In this document: positions 37,720 to 49,259 of the stretch, piece by piece
How positions within the stretch are numbered: the first letter of the stretch is position 1
How the letters are laid out: every line of letters starts with the position of its first letter
Source: Haliotis rufescens
Lineage: Eukaryota
Direction of reading: 5' to 3'
Assembly (NCBI RefSeq): GCF_023055435.1
Contig: NW_025963779.1
Span: 14,384,001-14,448,000, forward strand
DNA length: 64,000 bases
Notes under the pieces: model-generated
What the model was told of the DNA's origin: nothing
Seen by the model: the letters and a program-made list of their open reading frames with translations, nothing else
Databases searched by the model: none
Position numbers and translations under genes: made by a program

Positions 37720-40208
37720 GAAACAATGTTATAAATATTTGTCTAATCATAATTGAATAGATTTGGACGAATCATATAAATAGTTTCTTGTATTACAAAA
37801 TTCGAAAGGATAAAATGAAATGTCTGTTAAAACATGTAATACTGTTTTGGCAACAATGACTACTGTCAAATCATGACTAGTGAATGTAGTGATTAACTTA
37901 AAACATCAAAAACAACAAGCATTTTCCTTACCAATCCTCAAAGTGTAGATGAAGACAGCAAATGGATTGATTATGTTATTTAAATTAAGTGACATATATA
38001 ATTAATGATTAGTATATTTAAAAAGCTTGTACAGTATGCAGTTGTTTTGATATCGCTTCCTTTTGATATTGAGTGCGTGGTGTAACCGCATTCTAGTTAC
38101 ATCAAGGCGTATCATCTTAGCCAACTCTTCAGTGGGAGGAAAGGCGGAATTACCATTACCCACCAGCTGTCATGGCGAATCTAGAGGAAAAAGCACAGTC
38201 ACTATCATAAATTAAAAAAAATTAAAAGTCGTCGACTGTATTTTATCCTGCAATGAAGTAACAGTTTGAGTTCCACATTATGAAATGACGTTATGGCGCT
38301 GTTTAAATTACCTCCCCATGATCTAACTTTTCCTTGGTAACATCGTTCTTTCATGACCGTCAAGGAAGATGGCGCTATAATATACTTTAACTATAATAGT
38401 TGAGGGCAGATCTATACTTTATACACCACACATGGGGAAGAGCAAACTATATTTCTTAACTAGATAGTTGGTATTGACAGTAGGTTTATATATAACACCA
38501 ACGTTTAGAGCATGCAGATATATTAACAGTTTGCGTGATCCTTTAAAATATAACTAAATGTAATATATTATTTTACATATTGCGGTAAGCTGTCATCTGA
38601 TTTGCTGACTCCAAGTGTATGATATACATGTTCATATTTGAGATGTTTCCTGTTGAAACGTATTGTAATGTCATGAATTTGGATGCAGTCTGGAAAAGGT
38701 GGGGCATGGGTCTTCTCTTCTACCTTTGCATAATGTAAATACTTGTTCTGGTTCATAACATGAAATCGTGTGGTCGATGTAGAGTGACCATTTTATAATT
38801 ACAAGATTAAACTCTAGATACAATATATCATGTCTAATTTCATCGATGTACAATGTATGTACATGGTTTTCCCTAGGCTCTAATATCGGACCGTTATTGG
38901 GACTGTGTCTACTAGAAACGTTTTGGAGATCTTTGCATCCCCTCCCCCTCCTCACAGAAACATTGGATGTTAGGCTACTTAAATATACCAACACTGACAG
39001 CAAACTAGATTTCACTCCCTACATTCACCTCCCTCGATTTGACCAGAAGCCATGGATGTGATGTGATGTAATGTGATGTGATGTGATGTGATGTGAGCCA
39101 CGGAGATAACATCCCGCAGTTTAACACCAATACCCCACTCAGACACAGTATACTGACTCCAAGTTGACAAGTCCTTGTTTTAGCCCCTTAATGCCCAGCG
39201 CCAGACAGGGTAACAACAAGTACCATATTTTAACGTCTTCTTGTATGACGCGGCCGGGGATCGAATTCCGAACCTTCCGCTCTTCTGGCGGACGCTCTAC
39301 CGCTAAACCACGGATGCGGTCGCCATGGATGTGAAGATTCATGCATGTGATTAAGCCAACACACTCGTATTCTTCATCAGCAATACAAACCCTGGCTATA
39401 TGTACGACTAAATCATGCTCTATTCAAATATGAGGACGCTTTTTTTTAACACATGTCAAGTACAGGGAACACTTCCTGGTTGATAGAAATTCGTTCTTTT
39501 CAGTTTACACATAACACAGGGAGCATTTAAGCTGGGCATACAACTGCAACGAGAAGGATTGTCACGACGTACAGGTAAGTACGGTTCTAGAAAACGACAT
39601 CTTGCATCCATTGCATCTGAAACAATATTATAGTGAGTGAGTTCGGTTTAAAGCCGCTTTTAACAGTTCTCCAGTTATATCGCGGCGTGTCAGCTTAATG
39701 TAGGAGGAAAGCCCGAAGTGATGCAGGTCTCAGACATTTACCACTTCGGTGAAACCCACAAGCACGGGTATGGTGCTGACAAACCTAGAAACATAATCGT
39801 GGCGAACCGGGATCCAGCTGTATGACGGCGGTATGTAAGTAATCGAAGCTGGACCACACAATCCAGTAATTGAGATTATGAGCATCGATCTACCCAGTTG
39901 GGATACGATGACATGCATCAACCATGTCAGCGAGCCTGACAACCAGAACCCGTTAGTCGCCTTTTACGACAAACATAGTCGCCTTTTACGGCAATCTTAT
40001 GTTGCTGAAGACCTATTCTACCCGTCATCTTCACATGGGTTCTCATATGCGTTAGTATATGCTGATCTCAGTTAGTCATACTTCAGATCTCGTTACAAGT
40101 ACCAATATTACGGGTTCAGAGTATCACATTTGACGCATATGAAAAACGAAATATGTCACTACAAACAATCATATTTGCGTATCATTTCAGGTGATCACCA
40201 AATCCAAT

Positions 40209-41516
40209 ATGGCCTCAAGTTCGCCGGTCATCTTCTCGGATACGACACATTTCGGTGTAGACAACACGACAGCGGAAGTGACGTCATCATTAAACATCAG
40301 CGATGAGGAGAAGAACCGTTATCTATCCCACCTTGACGACTCGATGTTTCCCTTGATGATACCAGCCGTGATATATCTGGCCATCCTAATGGTTCTGGGT
40401 ATTTTCGGAAATATTCTTGTGCTGATCGTGTACATCAAGAAATTCAAACCAAGCCCGACCCGTGTGTTTGTTGTGTGTCTGGCTGTGTTTGACCTCATGA
40501 CATGCGTCATTTCAATTCCAGGGGAGATCCTGAGCATGAGGTACAGTCATACGTTCGACTACCCAACCGTGTGTAAAATGATACGATTCAACAGCACATT
40601 CTCCGTGGTGTCCTCAGGATTGACGCTCATAGCTGTTGCTATAGACAGATACAGGAAGATCTGTCGGCCTTTGAACAAACAGATCACCATCAGAGTCGCG
40701 CGCATCATGGTAGGGATCGCTGTGTCCGTATCACTAGTCCTCACCATCCCGACAGTTATAGTCTACGGTAGGAAAACGGTTGAAACAGACAAAGAGGAAA
40801 TAACAGGCTTCGAGTGTTCCTTTGACGACGGGTGGCGCGGTACTCTGTTCCCCGTGGTCTATATAGGAGTCCTATTTCTCATGTTCGTCGGTTCTCTGAG
40901 TGTCCTGGTGGTTATGTACATCCTCATTGGCAGGACTGTGTTTAAACACCGGAGATTTAAATTCCGCCCGGCAAAGGATAAGAAACATCACTCTTCGAAT
41001 TACACAACCGAGACGTCATTTAAAGATGGAACTGAGAATGTGATCGCCTTCAGTAACATATCGTCACCCACAGCTCCTTGCAATGTTTCCAATTCAGACA
41101 ATGGGACGCTTGGTCTTGACGGTTCGTCTGAGACAGGTTGTACATGTCTGAATGATACCTCAGCACAACCAAAGACGCGTAAAGAAGATAAATCCTCGAA
41201 TAGTGTGAGATCAATAAGAAATAATGCTGCAAAACCAAACGAGAAATCAAGGCCCAGAGCGTTGAAAACAACGCTTATGTTGTTCATCATCACAGCGGTG
41301 TTCATCATCAGTTTCTTACCTCATCTGATCCTGTTGATAACTCGATTTATCAAATCCGACTTTCTGGACTCTTTACAAGGAGCAGGATTCATGTTGTATA
41401 ATGTATTCCTACGCTCATTCTTCATACAGAGTGCAGTTAACTGCATTGTGTACAGTTTATGCAATGAAAGATTCAGAAGTGAGTGGAGGAAACTACTCGT
41501 TTCTTGTTATCGTTGA
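40209..41516 (+). CDS. Class A GPCR, copy A5, 435 aa
   Basis: Intact ORF with DRY and NCIVY; acceptor at 40190. Confidence 0.95.
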   Translation: MASSSPVIFSDTTHFGVDNTTAEVTSSLNISDEEKNRYLSHLDDSMFPLMIPAVIYLAILMVLGIFGNILVLIVYIKKFKPSPTRVFVVCLAVFDLMTCVISIPGEILSMRYSHTFDYPTVCKMIRFNSTFSVVSSGLTLIAVAIDRYRKICRPLNKQITIRVARIMVGIAVSVSLVLTIPTVIVYGRKTVETDKEEITGFECSFDDGWRGTLFPVVYIGVLFLMFVGSLSVLVVMYILIGRTVFKHRRFKFRPAKDKKHHSSNYTTETSFKDGTENVIAFSNISSPTAPCNVSNSDNGTLGLDGSSETGCTCLNDTSAQPKTRKEDKSSNSVRSIRNNAAKPNEKSRPRALKTTLMLFIITAVFIISFLPHLILLITRFIKSDFLDSLQGAGFMLYNVFLRSFFIQSAVNCIVYSLCNERFRSEWRKLLVSCYR

Positions 41517-42991
41517 GGGAAAGCAGCTGATATGTAAGACACGAGAGGAAACTTTGGAACATAAATAGAACACTTTGTCATGTGATGGACGCACAACAAA
41601 CATGTTCAATCATCGGTTAAATGTTTTGCTGTTCATTCCATGCGTTACGGAACGATGACACTTGGATGAATAAATCGTAACAATTTGTTGATAATCACAA
41701 CTTGACGGATGGCTGCCGCTATACAACGATCAATGAAGAGAGACGTGACTAATTGTGACGTTATACATGTATGATATATGTAACACCGTCAAGAAGGAAC
41801 AAGGACACGACTTCAGAACCTGCAAAGTTGTCTTCCCTGGACCACCTGAGACTGAGAGATTGTCTGTACTAGATGGGACCACGACAGTTACTTCTATGCC
41901 TTGCCCATAAAGCCCTATGCTATCTATTTAATTTATCTGTTATCACCTGCTACATCCGCAGTTGACATATTAATGACTTTTAAGGCATGCAGCGGCCTGA
42001 TATAATCTTCAGTAATCTCGACTACCAACATGTGCAGTGATGCTACATGTATCTCTATATTATACATATATCTCTATATTATACATACATATATATATAT
42101 TACCCTTGGTGCACTTCGTTACATATATCACATGTAAAATAAGCATTGCTGAAACACATGGACTACTAGTAACCAACTGTTCTTCATATGCTGATATTAA
42201 CACATGTTGCAGTGGGATCGAAACGATGACTGGAAGGATAGGCTGTTTAGATGTATGTATGTGGAAGACAGCACGGATTGTAAAATTGTACCACTAGTTT
42301 ACCATTATAACATCGTAACACCAGTTTACCCCGAATCTGATTCTAATAAATGTCATTCATTATCATGCCAACATATCAGATTCAACTCATGTCAGAACTC
42401 AACAGATGTCACTGTATTCCAAACATCACTTTACACATACACGTAGAAAAGGATGTTTTGATATTTAGTATCTCAAATAACATGTTTATCACACCGAGAA
42501 ACCGCAATAAATATTCAAAATCGATATCTTCAGGATCACGAGTAGCACAGCTACAAGTAAATTTGTAAACGTAAGGTCGAGTCTCCCACTCATTGGTCGC
42601 TCGACCTAATGTTTTCCAGTAACGACTCCTCGTAAATGCATTGATCGTATTGATAGTGATGAGATGACTATTTTATGCACGGATAAGTTGTTATGGATAA
42701 GTTGCAAAAGTTTCAGTCGAGTTATATACGTGCATGTCAATATTTTACTGTATTTTGCTGTTAAGGTGATCTAATTCTTGTGATTTTCAAATTGCAACAT
42801 TGTTAGACATACTTATGCTTCACAATGATATCAGGAAATAAATAAAATCTCACTCTCTTGTCTCTTGTTATCACATACGTATAAACCAAGATCTGTCCAT
42901 TAAAATAATACACAGACTCTAAACATTTCTCCTCCATCGACTCTAGTTTCTATATTTGATATCAAAAGCCACCTTAGTGAGATAATATCTG

Positions 42992-43382
42992 TACGGAAGC
43001 GTAGTAGGGCACGGTGAATTCTTTTGTAAAAGTATCTCCTACGTAGGACTAAGTATGGACTAGAATAACTATCTACTACGTAGGACTTAGTATGGCCTAG
43101 AATTACTATCTCCTACGTAGGACTTAGTATGGACTAGAATAACTATCTCCTACGTATGACTTAGTATCTCCTTACTAGGACTTACTATCTCCTACATAGG
43201 TCTTACTATCTCCCACGTAGGAGAGAGTTATTCTAGTCCATACTAAGTCCTACGTAGGAGATAGTAAGTCATACGTAGGAGATACTTAGTCATACGTAGG
43301 AGATACTACGTCCTACGTAGGACATAGTAAGTCCTACGTAGGAGATACTTAGACAAAACCGTGGCCCTACTACGCTTCCGTA
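42992..43382. mobile_element. IS3EU-like MITE, copy 5 (391 bp, best preserved)
   Basis: TACGG...CCGTA termini with perfect TATCTG TSD at 42986-42991 and 43383-43388. Confidence 0.8.
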
Positions 43383-44444
43383 TATCTGTGTATTCAAAAG
43401 CATACTAAGCACTATTAAGGTCGTCATGCCAAGAAACAAAATGTTGATTATACATGTATATTCTTACCCACAAGCAGTGTATGGACTAAACGTCCAATCT
43501 GATAACAATTTTTTTTAAACTCATGATATATGTATTAGTCTAAGATGCTTGGCTAAAAGATAAAAGGTGTCGACTGTATTTTATCCTGCAATGAAGTAAC
43601 AGTTTGAGTTCCACATAATGGACTGACGTTATGGCGCTGTTCAAACAACCTCCCCAAGATCTAACGTATCCTTGGTAACATTGTTCTTTCATAACCGTCA
43701 AGGAAGATGNNNNNNNNNNNNNNNNNNNNNNNNNNNNNNNNNNNNNNNNNNNNNNNNNNNNNNNNNNNNNNNNNNNNNNNNNNNNNNNNNNNNNNNNNNN
43801 NNNNNNNNNNNNNNNNNNNNNNNNNNNNNNNNNNNNNNNNNNNNNNNNNNNNNNNATTACACCACACATGGGGAAGAGCAAACTATATTTCTAAACTAGA
43901 TAGTTGGTATTGACAGCAGGTTTATACCTATCACAAACGTTTAGAACATGCAGATATATTAACAGTTTGCGTGATCCTTTAAATATAACTAAATGTAATA
44001 TATTATTTTACATATTGCGGTAAGCTGTCATCTGATATGCTGACTCCAAGTGTATGAAACATGTTGTTATGTCATGAATTTGGATGCAATCTGGAAAAGG
44101 TGAGGCATGGGTCTTCTTCTACCTTTGCATAATGCGAATACTTGTTCTGGTTCATAACATGAAATCGTGTGGTCGACGTAGAGTGACCATTTTATTATTA
44201 CAAGATTAAACTCTAGATACAATATATCATGTCTAATTTCATCGATGTACATGTATGTACATGGTTTTCCCTAGGCTCTAATATCGGACTGTTATCGTGA
44301 CTGTGTCTACTAGAAACGTTTTGGAGATCTTTGCATCCCCTCCCCCTCCTCACAGAAACATTGGATGTTAGGCTACTTAAATATACCAACACTGATAGCA
44401 AATTAGATTTCACTCCCTACATGCGATCGATTTGACCAGAAGCA

Positions 44445-44620
44445 TGGATGTGATGTGATGTGATGTGATTGTGGATGTGATGTGATGTGATGTGATGTGA
44501 TGTGATGTGATGTGATGTGATGTGATGTGATGTGATGTGATGTGATGTGTGATGCGAAGCGGGGCTAGGCGAGGCGAGGCGAGGCTAGGCGAGGTGAGGT
44601 GAGGTGAGGTGAGGAGAGGT
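44445..44620. repeat. Compound pentanucleotide microsatellite (GATGT)n-(GCGAG)n-(GTGAG)n
   Basis: Directly visible; four of the five N gaps fall on paralogous copies of this tract. Confidence 0.95.
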
Positions 44621-45141
44621 GAAATGGGGTTTAACGTCGCGTCCAAGATTATTACACTTAAAAAGTGTCGTGCAGTCACGGACTGATGACAATTAATACT
44701 GCTAGCCCACGGAGATAACATGCCACAGTTAAACACAGTATACTGACTCCAAGTTGACGGATGTAAAGATTCATGCATGTGATTTAGCCGTTAATAACAC
44801 TCGTTATTCTTCATCAGCAATACAAACTCTAGCTATATGTACGACTCAGCATGCTTGAAACCCAGCTGAACCACGTTAAATACAGATATTGGGGTTAAAT
44901 ACACAAATCTTATTCTATTCCAATATGATGACGCATCTTTTTATGACATGTCAAATACAGGGAACACTTCCTGGTTGATAGAAATGCGTTCTTTTCAGTT
45001 TACACTGGAAAATATCAACATAACACAGGGAGCATTTAAGCTGGGCATACAACTGCAAGGAGAAGGAGTGTCACGACGTAGAGGTAAGTACGGTTCTAGA
45101 AAACGACATCTTGCGTCCATTGCATCTGAAACAATATTGTA

Positions 45142-45418
45142 GTGAGTGAGTTCGGTTTAAAGCCGCTTTTAACAGTGTTCCAGTTATATCGCGGCGTGTC
45201 AGCTTAATGTGGGAGGAAAGCCCGAAGTGATGCAGGTCTCAGACGTTGACGACTTCGGTGAAACCCACGAGCACGGGTATGGTGCTGACAAACCTAGAAA
45301 CATAATCGGGGCGAACCAGTATTCGAACCCACAATCATAGGTTTCTGGCGTGCCCAAGGGACGCAGCTCTGCGTCAGCGAATTGCGGCGCCTTAGACGAC
45401 TGGGCCACCCGTACCCCC
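45142..45418 (-). mobile_element. Family B SINE, complete, in the putative 5'-UTR intron of GPCR B
   Basis: TSD 45128-45141 / 45419-45432; A and B boxes; (GTGA)n tail. Confidence 0.9.
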
Positions 45419-46153
45419 GAAACAATGTTATAAATATTTGTCTAATCATGATTGAGTACATTTGGACGAATCATATAAATAGTTTCTTGTATTACAAAAT
45501 TCGAAAGGATAAAATGAAATGTCTGTTAAAACATGTAATACTGTTTTGGCAACCATGACTACTGTCAAATCATGACTAGTGAATGTAGTGATTAACATAA
45601 AACATCAAAAACAACAAGCAGTTTCCTTACCAATCCTCAAAGTTTAGATGAAGACAGCAAATGGATTGATAATGTTATCTAAATTAAGTGACATTTATTA
45701 TTAATGATTAGTATTATTTAAAAAGCTTGTACAGTATGCAGTTGTTTTGATATCGCTTCCTTTTGATATTGAGTGCGTGGTGCAACCGCATTCTAGTTAC
45801 ATCAAGGCGTATAATCTTAGCCAACTCTTTAGTGGGAGGAAAGGCGGAAGCGATGTAGGATTTAGACATTTTAATTACCATTACCCACCAGCTGTCATGG
45901 CGAATCTAGAGGATAAAACACAGTCACGATCATAAATTAATTACCACCCCTTAGTTAAGGTAAGCAATACTGTACAGAGAATAGCTGTGCCTTTGCAACC
46001 ACCCCCCCCACTTAAACTATGTGCTAGCTTTCTACGTGTAGACACAAAGTAAAGTATGACACATAAATATTGTGTTAAATAGTTGTAGGTATTTATTCCG
46101 TCTTTTGTTGCATTACTATAGACACTTTTCATATTCAGAATACCGACTCCACG

Positions 46154-47317
46154 ATGGAACAAGACGAGAACAACACCATATACCTACATCAATATGACGA
46201 CATGTACGCTTTGAAATACCTACCAGCCATAGTGTTTGTAGCTATTTTGATGTTGGTTGGTGTCGTTGGCAACTCACTGGTCTGTTACGTGTATCTGTGC
46301 AAGTTCAAACCAAGCACAACAAGGTGTTTCATTGTAACACTAGCACTTCTGGACATTCTGAACTGTTCTCTAAGCATGCCCTTGAAGATCGTACACATGA
46401 GACATCATGCCACGTCCGGGTTGTATGGCTGCAGGTTTGCCACGATTAGTCTCACATTCTTTTCGTTGGCATCCGCAGCAGTTCTTTTACCAGTCGCTGT
46501 TGACAGATATTTGAAAATCTGCAAACCATTCGCCAGCCAGATGACAATCTTCTACGCAAAGGTAGGATGTGCGGTGGCGTGTACTGTGGCTTTACTTCTA
46601 ACCATACCCCCTGCCATTATCCATGGCCCTACCATTCATCCACTGCCTCACGCAAACGCCACATTTTGCTACCTTTCTGACGGAGAAAGAGGAACTCTTC
46701 CCCACGTGATATACTCTGGTGTTCAGATGCTGTTATTTGTAATGACTGCAGGGGCTCTCATTGTCATGTACACATGTATATGGCATAGGGTGTACAAACA
46801 GAAGAAAGCCTTTCGTCAAAGGGCAAGAGCAGGCTCTTCTAACACGATGAGTCCAAACCGTAATTGTACACAAGAATCTACTAGTGAAACGGTTACTTCT
46901 AGCCCAAATGAAACTTCAATGATATCCCAAGAAGGCAATCAGAGCCTTGACCCCCAAAAGGATTCCAGCAGCTTGAAGACGGAACATGAACAGTGTGCAT
47001 TCACGAGCCCTTCAAGGAGTGGACCAATACATGACAAGGGAGTTACTACAACCCTTCACCAGGAATATGTAGTAAGGAGGATGACCCTAATGTTATTCCT
47101 CATAAGTCTCATGTTTTTCGTTAGCTTCCTGCCCTACCTCATTATTACGGTGACTGTGTCAAGTAATAAGAGCTTTGCAGAAAGACTGACTGTTATTTCA
47201 AGTGCAAGTGTCATCATATTCGAAAGATCCTACTTTATCCAGAGTGCATGCAACCCCTTTATATACAGCTTTTGTAGTGTGAATTTCCGCCGTGAGATGA
47301 TGAAAGTGTGTCGATGA
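46154..47317 (+). CDS. Class A GPCR, divergent paralogue B, 387 aa
   Basis: 7TM; GN, LALLD, DRY, SFLPY, RSYFIQSACNPFIY. Shares family motifs with type A (KFKPS.TR.F, RY.KIC.P, TLMLF.I, RSYFIQSA.N..YSFC). Acceptor TTTTCATATTCAG at 46138. Confidence 0.95.
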   Translation: MEQDENNTIYLHQYDDMYALKYLPAIVFVAILMLVGVVGNSLVCYVYLCKFKPSTTRCFIVTLALLDILNCSLSMPLKIVHMRHHATSGLYGCRFATISLTFFSLASAAVLLPVAVDRYLKICKPFASQMTIFYAKVGCAVACTVALLLTIPPAIIHGPTIHPLPHANATFCYLSDGERGTLPHVIYSGVQMLLFVMTAGALIVMYTCIWHRVYKQKKAFRQRARAGSSNTMSPNRNCTQESTSETVTSSPNETSMISQEGNQSLDPQKDSSSLKTEHEQCAFTSPSRSGPIHDKGVTTTLHQEYVVRRMTLMLFLISLMFFVSFLPYLIITVTVSSNKSFAERLTVISSASVIIFERSYFIQSACNPFIYSFCSVNFRREMMKVCR

Positions 47318-47741
47318 GCGCCAGATGTCATGCTGACCATGATTCTGTTGAAACTGTTATGTAAATTGTGTGACTGAAGATCTCCTATTGCAAACGAATG
47401 CTATACGATAAAAGGGACTTACTTTTTGATATTCATGGGGTATCTGATTTATATTTCGGCCACTGCATCAAAATATAGCAGCATCTCTACTTGTTTCAGG
47501 AACAAGTTATTATTTTCTTAATCATCCGAGCCCTCGCCCCCAAATCCCCTGTATATCAAATGGTCCATTTCACATGCAACTATGGTCATCTATATGCAAC
47601 GAGATGGGATGTTTTGTTCATTGTCAGGTCATATCCATTTCTATAATTTATATATGTGCGAAGTTTTTATGTAATTGCTACATTATTGTGGAAAAGTATT
47701 TGACAGTATTTGAAGCCTAGGTTCTTTCTTAACGATGTTTG

Positions 47742-49007
47742 TGTCACAGACTTAACAGCACTCTGGACAATGCAATGTTAAAGAATTGTAGCTTCTGAAC
47801 AACATCCCTTTTGTACAGTGTTGAGAACATATCGTTCAGGAAATCTGATGTAATCCATGCGTAACAGCGGTCAGTTGTACAATTGCCTTAGCACATCATT
47901 TCACATTATGACATTTGTAGCCTTAATCCATTTTCCCCTGGGCCATGTCTGTAATCAAATCCATAAGCCCCATGTCCAGGGCAACGCCATTGTCTCTTTG
48001 TCTGTCTATTGTTGTCCAATAGTGTATATATATGTTAATTACATCTTTACTGTTAGTTAGTCTGGTATTCCAACGGCACCTGTATGTACAGATGCGAGTA
48101 GGATACGCCTGCTTGCTGGACTTCACTTGTAGTTGTTGAGTTGGAATCTCCGCTCGACATATTTCCATTATTGATTGTATTTGTTTGTTTTATTGCCGAC
48201 TAAAAAAGTTTGGACTCAAAGTATTCTTCGTCTTCAATCTGAGCTATTTTCCCCGTCAACATACGCGTTGACAACTGGTGGAGAATCCGGGTATGATGCC
48301 CACATGGCCCACATGCAGGCACCGCAGGTCAGAATGCAACAGGTCTTTCGCATTGGGAATAATTATGCTTTTTAATATTATGATAACTGACAATTTCATG
48401 TTTATATTTGAACATTTGAATAGCAACTTATCTCGACATGAGGACATGTCTTTCTCAAGAGGGTGACAATTGTCACAGAGTGACTTAACAGCACTCTGGA
48501 CAACTCAATGTTAAAGAATTGTAGCTTCTGAACAACATCCCTTTGTGTACAGTGTTGAGAACATATGGTTTAGGAAATCTGAATTAATCCATGCATAACA
48601 GCGGTCAGTTGTACAATTGCCTTAGCACATCATTTCACATTATGACATTTGTAGCCTTAATCCATTTTCCCCTGGGCCATGTCTGTAATCAAATCCATAA
48701 GCCCCATGTCCAGGGCAACGCCATTGTCTCTTTGTCTGTCTATTGTTGTCCAATAGTGTATATATATGTCAATTACATCTTTACTGTTAGTTAGTCTGGT
48801 ATTCCAACAGCACCTGTATGTACAGATGCGAGTAGGATACGCCTGCTTGCTGGACTTCACTTGTAGTTGTTGAGTTGGAATCTCCGCTCGACATATTTCT
48901 ATTATTAATTGTACTTGTTTGTTTTATTGCCGACTAAAGAAATTTGGACTCAACGTATTCTTCGTCTTCAATCTGAGCTATTTTCCCCGTCAACATATGC
49001 ATTGACA
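47742..49007. repeat. Direct duplication of about 530 bp (47742-48272 and 48471-49007)
   Basis: Near-identical sequence from TGTCACAG...GACTTAACAGCACTCTGG to TTGACA, separated by about 200 bp of unique spacer. Confidence 0.95.
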
Positions 49008-49259
49008 TTTGTATAAAGTTTAAAAAAGTTGTAAATAAACATGATATAAATTCGATGCAGTAATAAATATATTTTCAGCTTTGAACATTTCTACAAGCTT
49101 CTAACGCGTATGTCAATCGACATGATAAGTATAGATGATTATGAACATTTAGGAAACGTCTCTAAAAATGATCCTTTGATATCTCCTGTAGAAACCAGTT
49201 CTTCGTGCTTGTCGTATGAGGCGACTCAGTTGTATCGCTTGGTCAGGCGACTTGGTTGA

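Larger units (their letters stand above)
11700..45940 (+). repeat. Tandem segmental duplication array, five units of about 5.6-7.9 kb, each carrying a GPCR
   Basis: Near-identical coding exon, 3' flank, MITE, SINEs and 5'-exon block recur; acceptors at 12216, 17812, 24989, 32306 and 40190. Confidence 0.95.

Noticed and set aside
44948-45142. ORF MSNTGNTSWLIEM... as a coding first exon (it has N-glycosylation-like motifs)
   Set aside because: Its donor is phase 1 while both A and B acceptors need phase 0, and a 14-bp frameshifting deletion occurs in two copies.
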